IMG/VR virus record: IMGVR_UViG_3300030397_000751
Coordinates: 1 to 30,689 of that record
Length of the DNA stretch: 30,689 nucleotides
From: a virus
Lineage: Duplodnaviria; Caudoviricetes
Direction: 5' to 3' (one strand)
The number at the start of each line of letters is the position of its first letter. Position 1 is the stretch's first letter. Made by a program: the position numbers and the translations under genes. Shown here one piece after another: positions 15,555-23,548 of this stretch. Under the pieces are notes generated by a model that had not been told where the DNA came from, ran no database searches, and saw nothing but the letters and a program-made list of their open reading frames with translations.

Positions 15555-17617
15555 GTATCAGTAAAGAGAAAGCTTTATCAATACTAGAGAAGATCAAGGA
15601 AGATGTGAAAGAGGCGGAGAATGATGCTTCTATGCGTCTTGATAAGTGGTTGGAAAGAATGGCTTTCTACCGGGGACTTCATTACACCGTAGCTGGTGGG
15701 GAGTTCCATATTGATATTGATGATCCGATCGGGGAAGCCCGAGAGGTGCATAATTTTATTCCGGCATTTGTGAAGGCTGCTGTGGCTACTCGTATTCAGC
15801 ATTTCCCTAATCCCCAGGTGCCAGCTATTGATGGCAATCAAACTAGTCTCGCAAGAGCTATGTCTACAGAGAGATTGCTTAAGAGCTTTGTGGACGATGA
15901 TATTCTGGCAGGCGAGGAGTTTATTCGGGCTCTTACTTCTTCCGCTATTGTTGGCGGAGCCTGGCTTAAAGTCTACTGGGATCCTTTTTCCGGCAAGGCT
16001 ATTCCGGCAGAACGAGAGACTGAGGACATTGAGTTGGATGATGGCTTTGGTGGAATAATTACGGAAACCATTGAACGAGAACTTGAGAAAGATGTATTCG
16101 GGGCTGAGATTCCAGTTAAGGCCTTCGAGGGTCAGATAAAAGTTGCATTGGTTGATCTTTTCGATGGCTGGCGAGATCCTGCCGCTAGTAAGCCAAGTGA
16201 GATGCGTTATTGGGTTCATCGCAAAATTCGACCAGCTGAAGAGCTTCAACGTCGATTCCCGAAGGATATGTGGGGCAAGAAAATCACTTGGGCTGGCGGG
16301 CACTTAGACGGACTTTGGTCACAGAAGCAGTCTGTTATGAGTTCGGAGATGGAGAACAATATTGGTGGAGCTGGGTCTGAGGATGCAGATGGCCGTCGTA
16401 ATTCTCTTACTACTGTTTATGAATACTGGGGAGCACCAACGGAGGAATATCCAAATGGCATCATGTGTTTCTTTTCTAACCAACATATTTTGTACCTTGG
16501 TCCCTGTCCCTACGTACCTGCTCGAATTCCTGTTACTTTCCTCCCTGGCGACAATATTGTACCGGGAGGTTTCTTCCCAGATGGAGTGGTCGAGAATCTC
16601 ATCGCACCGCAGAAGACCCTCAATCGCAGTGAGAGCAAAATACGTGAGACGTTAGATCGCATGTTGAATCCTCATATCTTGGTGCCACATGCATCGGATG
16701 TAGATGAGGAGATCTTCGGAGAGGTCGGGGGGCAGGTGATTAAGTACAACGCGGGTTACCCCCCTCACATCCTTCATTCACCTGAGGTGCCTTCTTCCAT
16801 GTTTAACATCTCGTCTTCCATGATTGCTCGTATGCGGGAAATCTCAACGTACAGTGATATTAGTCGGGGGGATGTGCCGGGCCGGGTCGAGTCGGGTCGA
16901 GCTATTGCCTTCCTTCAAGAGAATGAGAATAACATTCGTACGGCAGACGTTAAACTCTACAAGAAGGCTGTCTTGGATGCTATGAAGCACTGCCTTTGGC
17001 TGAGTCGTCAGTTCTACCAAGAGGGTAGGTTAATTCGTACATTGGGTGAGGATTCTTGGACTCTCTATGAATTCCAGGCTGAGGACTATGACTGGGATAT
17101 TGATTTAGCTCCGGAACCCTTCTCAGGTGCACCGAATAGCCGGGCATTGCGCTGGGCTGAAACTATCGAAGCATTTCAGATGGGGCTATATGATGATGAC
17201 CGTCCAGGGTCCAAGGATGTACGTAAGATTCTTGAGATAGATCATGCTGAGCGCAGTACTATGGATAAGGATTCAATTCATCGAGATCGAGCCCGTATGG
17301 AGAATGATCAAGCCCTGCAGCGTTCGAAAGGAAAATATATGGGTCCGATAAATCCTGTCCGTGAGTTCCATGATAATGAAATCCATCTCGAAGAACATAA
17401 CCATTTCCGTAATACTCAAGAATACTTAGACCTTACTCCGGAAGCTCGGGCTATGCTGGATGCACATTGTGAAGAGCATGAAGAGTTTCTTGAAAAACAG
17501 ATGCAGAATTTTGCTCAAAACCAGCAGATGGTAGTTCCGCCAAAAGAGGGGGAACAAAAAATTCCGGGAATTGAGAGTCCGATGGACGGAGGCTCAAAGC
17601 CAGGCGAAAGTCAATAG
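15551..17617 (+). CDS. Portal protein
   Basis: 688 aa, next to terminase and before scaffold; GGAWLKVYWD, LIAPQKTLNR, MREIS..SDISRG, SGRAI typical of portal proteins. Confidence 0.85.
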   Translation: MSISKEKALSILEKIKEDVKEAENDASMRLDKWLERMAFYRGLHYTVAGGEFHIDIDDPIGEAREVHNFIPAFVKAAVATRIQHFPNPQVPAIDGNQTSLARAMSTERLLKSFVDDDILAGEEFIRALTSSAIVGGAWLKVYWDPFSGKAIPAERETEDIELDDGFGGIITETIERELEKDVFGAEIPVKAFEGQIKVALVDLFDGWRDPAASKPSEMRYWVHRKIRPAEELQRRFPKDMWGKKITWAGGHLDGLWSQKQSVMSSEMENNIGGAGSEDADGRRNSLTTVYEYWGAPTEEYPNGIMCFFSNQHILYLGPCPYVPARIPVTFLPGDNIVPGGFFPDGVVENLIAPQKTLNRSESKIRETLDRMLNPHILVPHASDVDEEIFGEVGGQVIKYNAGYPPHILHSPEVPSSMFNISSSMIARMREISTYSDISRGDVPGRVESGRAIAFLQENENNIRTADVKLYKKAVLDAMKHCLWLSRQFYQEGRLIRTLGEDSWTLYEFQAEDYDWDIDLAPEPFSGAPNSRALRWAETIEAFQMGLYDDDRPGSKDVRKILEIDHAERSTMDKDSIHRDRARMENDQALQRSKGKYMGPINPVREFHDNEIHLEEHNHFRNTQEYLDLTPEARAMLDAHCEEHEEFLEKQMQNFAQNQQMVVPPKEGEQKIPGIESPMDGGSKPGESQ

Positions 17618-17623
17618 CTGCAT

Positions 17624-17652
17624 TTGCAGTAATCAGTAAAACTCCGTATTAT
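17624..17652 (+). promoter_or_regulatory. Putative promoter for scaffold/capsid operon
   Basis: TTGCAG, N17, TATTAT about 110 nt upstream of the scaffold ATG. Confidence 0.55.
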
Positions 17653-17762
17653 TCTCATTATGGTCCACTTTGTCCGTGAAGGCGTACCCTTCCTTAGTGT
17701 ACCGGTCCGTCAATTTCGAGCCGCATCTCGTAAAACCTGCGAACAGAAACGGAGAAGCATAA

Positions 17763-18644
17763 ATGTCTAACAACGAAGTCAGTGAGCAAAGTTTTGATGC
17801 CTTTCTTGATGAGCAATTGGCACCGGAGCCGGAAGCAGTCCCAGAGTCTGTAGAGGTTTCTTCGGAGTCAGTTGAGCAGGAAGAGAGTGTTGAAGCAGCA
17901 GCTCCCGAGGATAGTGAACCGGCTCAGGAGAGCCACCCCGAGGATGAGGCTATTGAGCCACAGTCCGCCAGCCCACGAGCACAGAAAAGAATTCGGCAGT
18001 TAGCTAGTGAGAAGAAAGGTCTCAAGAATGAGAATGCTGAGCTTGCTAGCAAAAACGAGGAGCTTCTAGCGTTAGTAGAGCAACTGCGGAAATCTAATGA
18101 GCTTACGGCGCAGATGAATGAAAGGCAGAATGCCTATCTTGGTCAACAGGAAGAGATCTCTAAAATGCAGAATCGTAGAAATACGATGTTGCAATATGGG
18201 CTTAATCCGGATGACACAAGAGATGCAATTGCCTTCGAGCAGATGGAATACAAAGCTCAATTGGAGAGCCAGTTGACCACTCTACAGCAGCAACTACAGG
18301 AGCAGCAGAATGCACTTCAAGTAGAGCGTTTCAATCAAGCATTGGACCAGTCTCTTACGAAGCGCTTGGCTGGCTATAGCGTAGATGCAGATTTGCTGGG
18401 AGATATTCGGAATACTGCGTATGACATTGCTGCGTTGCGTGGGATTACAGCTGGGGAAGCAGCGGAGGAAGCATTCACTAGGTATGCTCGGATATTACCT
18501 AAACGTACGACTAAAAAGAAAGCAGCACCAGTGCCACCGGCAGCTCGGGCTGTGACTATGGACGGTCGATCGCAGGGTGTAGCAGAGGAGCCAACTGACG
18601 ATGATTTTCTGTCTATGGTCGATAAGGGAAACTTTCGGCTGTAG
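17763..18644 (+). CDS. Capsid scaffolding protein
   Basis: Acidic disordered N-terminus, AQKRIRQL, long coiled coil, Pro/Ala linker; between portal and capsid genes. Confidence 0.8.
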   Translation: MSNNEVSEQSFDAFLDEQLAPEPEAVPESVEVSSESVEQEESVEAAAPEDSEPAQESHPEDEAIEPQSASPRAQKRIRQLASEKKGLKNENAELASKNEELLALVEQLRKSNELTAQMNERQNAYLGQQEEISKMQNRRNTMLQYGLNPDDTRDAIAFEQMEYKAQLESQLTTLQQQLQEQQNALQVERFNQALDQSLTKRLAGYSVDADLLGDIRNTAYDIAALRGITAGEAAEEAFTRYARILPKRTTKKKAAPVPPAARAVTMDGRSQGVAEEPTDDDFLSMVDKGNFRL

Positions 18645-18663
18645 TTCGTAGGAGTATTAAGAA

Positions 18664-20037
18664 ATGACTATTGTAGAATCAAATGAGACCGTAACGGGCC
18701 AGGGACGTTCAAACTTTTCTGCCCGCCTTAAAACTGACTTCTTGAAGAAATGGGATGACCATGTTCACAAGATTGTTAAAATTGCTGACAAAGTTGCTCA
18801 GAAAAAGGGCACCATGGGTGGTAAAGAGAGCCTTGGTTCTGTTGCTACTGCTCTTCCTCAATCTGCTGGTATTGCATTGCAAGAAGGCATGACTCTCCCG
18901 ACACCAGACGCTGGTTCTTACATCAGCCCCTATCTGCATGCTCGGGACTTGTATATGCGTCTTCGTTGGACTGGCCAAGTAGAGCGTGCGGCTCGTCGAG
19001 GAGATAAACATGCTTGGGCTCAACCTCGCAAAGAAGATATTAAAAATGCTACGGCTCAGTTTCAGATTAACTTTGCTCGGATGCTATATCTTGGTCGTTA
19101 TCAAGTCCTCGGGACCGTCTCGGCCTTCAATGGTACGACCACTGCGACTTTGTACGGAAGGGATGCTCGTACTTCTGCCGCTGCAGATTTTTGGAAATTT
19201 GGTACGCATTACCTTCGAGTAGGCCAGGAGCTTGACTTCACGGCTTCCTCGATTACTGGTGCTCCGGTTATCCAAGCTGACACTACCAATGAAAGTACTT
19301 TGAAGATTACGTCGATTGACAACAGCACGCCTTCGGCTCCGACTGTAACATTCGACAATGACCCAATTGCTGACTTGACTGCTAGTGACCCGGCGGACGG
19401 TTCTTTCCTCATTCCTTACAACAGCCGACAGGATGCCGTTTCTGATGTGACGATGTCTTCCTACTTCTCGGGTGTTTCTGGTGTGTTGGAGTACGCCTCT
19501 GACGTGAACCTCTACTCCGCAGTTTATGACATTGACCGTGCAGCTGGGGATACCATTTCTGGTGTTCACAACAAAAATTCCGGCGTTGTTCGAAGCTTCG
19601 ACGAGAATCTGATCAGCCTTGTGGTTGACCAAGTTGTGGATAACGGTGTGGGTGAAGAGCCTGATTGCCTTGCAATGCATTCTTCTGTCCGACGTGAGTA
19701 TGTGAAACAAACCCAGGGTGACCGTCGTTTTGCTCCTGTGCAGAAAGACCGTGGCTATGCTGGTCGTTTGATGTTCCACGCTGGTGACGCTGAGTTGCCT
19801 ATTATGACTGACCGAGATTGCCCTCCGGGTCTTGCTTTTGTGCTTTGTTCTAAGGACTGGGGTTGGTTGAGCCAATCTGATATGGGTTCTCCGGACAGCA
19901 CTGGCGAGCGATTCGTTGCGGATCAGGATGCTCGAGAAGTTGTGATGCACAAGAGTGGTAACTGCTACTGCGAGAAACCATTCAACCAGGGTATCATTGA
20001 TGACATTCAGTACGATACGGATGCACTCACTGCGTAA
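18664..20037 (+). CDS. Major capsid protein (HK97 fold inferred) with beta-rich insertion
   Basis: 457 aa directly after scaffold, AGGAG upstream, followed by a strong hairpin; C-terminal PIMTDRDCPPGLAFVL resembles capsid proteins. Confidence 0.82.
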   Translation: MTIVESNETVTGQGRSNFSARLKTDFLKKWDDHVHKIVKIADKVAQKKGTMGGKESLGSVATALPQSAGIALQEGMTLPTPDAGSYISPYLHARDLYMRLRWTGQVERAARRGDKHAWAQPRKEDIKNATAQFQINFARMLYLGRYQVLGTVSAFNGTTTATLYGRDARTSAAADFWKFGTHYLRVGQELDFTASSITGAPVIQADTTNESTLKITSIDNSTPSAPTVTFDNDPIADLTASDPADGSFLIPYNSRQDAVSDVTMSSYFSGVSGVLEYASDVNLYSAVYDIDRAAGDTISGVHNKNSGVVRSFDENLISLVVDQVVDNGVGEEPDCLAMHSSVRREYVKQTQGDRRFAPVQKDRGYAGRLMFHAGDAELPIMTDRDCPPGLAFVLCSKDWGWLSQSDMGSPDSTGERFVADQDAREVVMHKSGNCYCEKPFNQGIIDDIQYDTDALTA

Positions 20038-20050
20038 TTAGGATTGGGCT

Positions 20051-20085
20051 AGGCGGGGCCTCTTCGGAGGTCTCGTCTTCCCTTA
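20051..20085 (+). terminator. 12-bp C(UUCG)G hairpin, weak terminator or attenuator
   Basis: AGGCGGGGCCTC-TTCG-GAGGTCTCGTCT followed by a poor U tract (TCCCTTA). Confidence 0.65.
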
Positions 20086-20100
20086 TAGGAGAATATAGAT

Positions 20101-20838
20101 ATGAAAAAATTAGCTTTAATCTCTGCTCTCCTGGTTTGCGTGAGCAGTACGGCGTTTGCGAAGATTGGTCTTCGTAATCTTGAGGAGCACGTAAAGCACC
20201 GCCAAGTTTGTATGCCAGTTCCCACTACGGGTTCTACATCGAATGGCTTGGACGGGGTCGTGTTCGTCAAGACGGTGAATGGAGATACTACTCCGAACAG
20301 CACGGCGGACAGTGCAACTGCACCTTCTACTTTTTCATGGCCCGGGAAACTGGATGTGATTTTGGTAGACAGTGTGACGGATGACACTCTTGTTTGTACT
20401 TCGGTTATCCTTACTGGTACGGATCAATTTGGGAAGACGATTAAGGAAACTGTTAGCTCGATTAGTGAGACTAAGACTACGACCACAAATGTGTTTGCTA
20501 CTGTTACGGCAGTGGACAGCACGGCTTGCACTGGCACGACTGGTGAGGCTGGTGATGTGTTGGTAGTTCGACAATCTCTAGAGTTGGGTCTGACGGTTAA
20601 GGTGAAAGCTACGGCTGACATTGAGTCTGCTTGTATCTCTGACCTTTCCGACTCTTCTTCTCAGAAATGTGCTCGTATCAATAATGGTGGTACGGACGAT
20701 GTAGAGTCTGCACTCGAGCTTTCTACCCATAGCATTGACGTCGGCACGGCGATGTTCGGGGCTGAGGGTTCAGAAGTAGCTGCAGCTCAAGACGATCTCG
20801 TCTGCCTCCGTATTCGGTCCAGCACACGAAGATACTAA
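20101..20838 (+). CDS. Signal-peptide-bearing Thr/Ser/Asp-rich protein, candidate capsid decoration or fibre
   Basis: MKKLALISALLVCVSSTAFA signal peptide, AGGAG upstream, 6 mature Cys, TGTDQFGKTIKETV; immediately after the capsid gene. Confidence 0.65.
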   Translation: MKKLALISALLVCVSSTAFAKIGLRNLEEHVKHRQVCMPVPTTGSTSNGLDGVVFVKTVNGDTTPNSTADSATAPSTFSWPGKLDVILVDSVTDDTLVCTSVILTGTDQFGKTIKETVSSISETKTTTTNVFATVTAVDSTACTGTTGEAGDVLVVRQSLELGLTVKVKATADIESACISDLSDSSSQKCARINNGGTDDVESALELSTHSIDVGTAMFGAEGSEVAAAQDDLVCLRIRSSTRRY

Positions 20839-20847
20839 AATATCATT

Positions 20848-20888
20848 GCCCCTCGGGTGGCCATTTGGGTTGCCTAGGGGGCTTTTTT
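20848..20888 (+). terminator. Rho-independent terminator
   Basis: Stem 20848-20862/20868-20882 (one mismatch, several G-U) followed by TTTTTT. Confidence 0.8.
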
Positions 20889-20904
20889 ATCCTATCCTCT
20901 TTTC

Positions 20905-21963
20905 ATGCCCCCGAAAGTAGCTACTACGAGAGATCAAGCCCAGGAACAGGGAAAAGACAATCAACGAGCTGTTAGCAAGTTTATTCGACAATCCCGAAAT
21001 CCAGAGATGTATATTGGACTTACGGATGATCTAATCAATATGTCGGCCCTTCGACCAAACCCGGAAATAGAGGCTCGGTTTAAGGAAGTATTCGATCGGG
21101 ATCAACGAGAGAATTTACGCATTGTGCTACATCCCCTACTTAAGCGTTGGACTATCTTCGAACGTACGTGGCATAGGGGACAACCATTATGGCAAACCGT
21201 GTGTATGTTCCACGACACTCCTAAGGACGACTACCTCCCTCCAGATCTTCAGCGAGATGACCGAATGCTGGATCACCTCAAGGGCTACATCGGTAATTTT
21301 CGCAATGTGTCATATCAGGATTTGGAGTTTGTGGAGAAGTGTGATTTTCGTAAGTATGGCTGGGAGAGGGTGGATGAATTCTTAGCTGCCTTTGATGACG
21401 AGAAGCAGAAAGAAGAAGAGCGGGTGATGTATGATAGATTGGATGACTTCCTTTCGTATAATTTCTGGCTAGCCATGCGAGATGCCCAAGCTCATTATAG
21501 TCAACCCTGGTCTACTCGCAGTGTAGAACTTAAATCCGACCCTGCTCATTACAAAATTGAACAGCGGGATGGGTATAAGGTTCGTACTAGGGTTTATGGC
21601 AATGAAGGCGATGTGAATGAGATGAAGGCCTTTATGGAAGGAGCTGCTCGGTTTGATGATTCGGCTTCCGGCAAGGCTGCGATTAGGATGATGGAAATCA
21701 AAAACGAGAGATACTATAAAGTTCATGGTATTACGTTGTGTGAAGCAGTACTTGGGAAAACGGAATCTGCTCTGGGTGGGGTGGAAGACGGAATTGCCTA
21801 TGATAAAGAAAATAAGAACCAGACAGAACAATTAGTGCAGTTTTTGGGTGGGTTAGATTTGGATAATGTAGAGTCCCAGAAATTGGAAGATTGGTTGTTG
21901 GCTTTGTCGGATGAACAAAAAGATGCTTTCCGTGAAATGGTGGAGGCAGAGTCTGTTGAGTAA
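20905..21963 (+). CDS. Hypothetical protein
   Basis: 352 aa ORF, TATCCT-N6-ATG; no motif recognised. Confidence 0.75.
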   Translation: MPPKVATTRDQAQEQGKDNQRAVSKFIRQSRNPEMYIGLTDDLINMSALRPNPEIEARFKEVFDRDQRENLRIVLHPLLKRWTIFERTWHRGQPLWQTVCMFHDTPKDDYLPPDLQRDDRMLDHLKGYIGNFRNVSYQDLEFVEKCDFRKYGWERVDEFLAAFDDEKQKEEERVMYDRLDDFLSYNFWLAMRDAQAHYSQPWSTRSVELKSDPAHYKIEQRDGYKVRTRVYGNEGDVNEMKAFMEGAARFDDSASGKAAIRMMEIKNERYYKVHGITLCEAVLGKTESALGGVEDGIAYDKENKNQTEQLVQFLGGLDLDNVESQKLEDWLLALSDEQKDAFREMVEAESVE

Positions 21964-22333
21964 GGAGTGGAGATCTATTAAGGACTATCCCTCTTACGAG
22001 GTATCTTGTGATGGGTGTGTTCGTAGTTGGCGTAGGAGAAATAGGAACTCTAGAGTGCCAACTGAGCCCAGATCCTTAAAAGGTACTGTGAATCGGAGTG
22101 GCCATGTAGTGGTGAATCTATATGAAGGCGGGTCCTATAAAACTGCCTATGTACACAGGTTAGTCCTAGAAGCTTTCGTGGGTCAATGTCCTCCAGATAT
22201 GGAAGCCTGTCATAATGATGGGGTGGCAACTAATAATCATGTCGATAACTTACGATGGGATACTAGACAATCTAATGTTCAGGACATGATACGGCATGGT
22301 GTTTATAATGGATGTGCTCGTGTGGTAGTATAG
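21956..22333 (+). CDS. NUMOD4-HNH homing endonuclease
   Basis: EWRSIKDYPSYEVS..G.VRS (NUMOD4), VHRLV..AF, CHNDG...NNHVDNLRW...N. Start at TTG 21956 (GGAGG upstream). Confidence 0.9.
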   Translation: MSKEWRSIKDYPSYEVSCDGCVRSWRRRNRNSRVPTEPRSLKGTVNRSGHVVVNLYEGGSYKTAYVHRLVLEAFVGQCPPDMEACHNDGVATNNHVDNLRWDTRQSNVQDMIRHGVYNGCARVVV

Positions 22334-22337
22334 CTGC

Positions 22338-23030
22338 ATGGCCGTCATAACTTCTGAAGCCGCTGCGGAAACCATAGGCAATCTTATCACCCGTATTCGT
22401 CGAGCTGTTGGTGACACGGATAGTACTACAGCAAACAACCGTTGGGCTGATGCTGAAATTATCGATGCCATGAATCTCGAGTTATTCAAGATGTCAGCAG
22501 AGTGGGGTCTCGGCAATTCAGCGCAGGCGATGACTAGTACGACACTTACCTACACTGCAGGAGCTGATTCTGTAGCACTGCCTTCTGGTCCGGACGTTAA
22601 TCCTATATTCATGGTTGAGGACTATACGGATACGAATAACCCGGTCCGAATTGAGTTCTCCTCCATCCTTGAGGCTGACCGATACTATCTCGACTCCTCC
22701 TATGTGAATTCCAAGGGGTTTCGCTGGAGTAGAGCCGGTGCCAATATTGCCATTCGTCCCCAAGCTGATGCTGGTATGACTCTCCGAATTTGGTATTTAC
22801 GGGCTCCGTATGGTACTTCTACTAGTTACGGTGGAACTGATCAACAACCCTGGCCTGTGCAGCACGAAGAACTTATTTCTCTCGGAGCTGCAGTGAGATT
22901 ACAAGAGGTTGACGACGAGGTACCACGTGGTAGAGTAGAACGATACACGGATCTCTGGAATCGATTTGTAAGAGCCAAGTCGCAGCACAAAGGTCCAGTA
23001 TATATTAGAAAGAATCGGAGATTTAGATAA
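22338..23030 (+). CDS. Head-tail adaptor-like protein
   Basis: LITRIRRAVGD, IIDAMN, ALPS, IAIRP, LRIWY, HEELISLGAA resemble podophage adaptor proteins; position fits. Confidence 0.65.
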   Translation: MAVITSEAAAETIGNLITRIRRAVGDTDSTTANNRWADAEIIDAMNLELFKMSAEWGLGNSAQAMTSTTLTYTAGADSVALPSGPDVNPIFMVEDYTDTNNPVRIEFSSILEADRYYLDSSYVNSKGFRWSRAGANIAIRPQADAGMTLRIWYLRAPYGTSTSYGGTDQQPWPVQHEELISLGAAVRLQEVDDEVPRGRVERYTDLWNRFVRAKSQHKGPVYIRKNRRFR

Positions 23031-23524
23031 TGGCTGATACGTATAGAATTTATTATGTGGGCGAGGGGGATAGGATTGAGGCATCGCCGGACGGGGGACG
23101 CACTTGGCAAGAGTACACCAAATGCAAAGTAGTGGAGTACGGCGGTAACAGTTATGTCTGGGCACCGCCTGGAAAGAATTGGGCCTGGGCTCAGTTGGCT
23201 GTCAAACACCCCTTCCTATTTCGAAATGGCGATCCGGAAAAACCCATGCTCCAGAAAGGCCGGTCTATTCCGGTAGTGGTAGATGATGAGGGCCCGGAGG
23301 ATAGCTATCTCGACCTTGACCATAACGAGCTTCGTGCAGCATTCCGTTCTAGCGACCGGGTTGACCTCATGACTGAGAAAGAATACCGAGCTAAGCTTAG
23401 CCCTGAAGTACTTCGTAAACGGGCTGCTAAGTTGTTAGCTGAGGCGGAGCTCAAAGAGGGTCCTGTGGAAAAGCCAGTCAAAAAAGCCCCCCGTAGCCGT
23501 AAAGTTAAGACAGTGGAACTGTAG
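23030..23524 (+). CDS. Hypothetical protein
   Basis: 164 aa, TAATG overlap with previous gene, basic C-terminus. Confidence 0.7.
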   Translation: MADTYRIYYVGEGDRIEASPDGGRTWQEYTKCKVVEYGGNSYVWAPPGKNWAWAQLAVKHPFLFRNGDPEKPMLQKGRSIPVVVDDEGPEDSYLDLDHNELRAAFRSSDRVDLMTEKEYRAKLSPEVLRKRAAKLLAEAELKEGPVEKPVKKAPRSRKVKTVEL

Positions 23525-23548
23525 CCCTAAATCCACTACTATGGGGGT

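Noticed and set aside
19084-19950. 288-aa antisense ORF over the capsid gene
   Set aside because: Shadow of biased codon usage; no motif or initiation signal. The same applies to 15584-16303, 27886-28395, 30139-30639, 10295-10792 and other overlapping ORFs.
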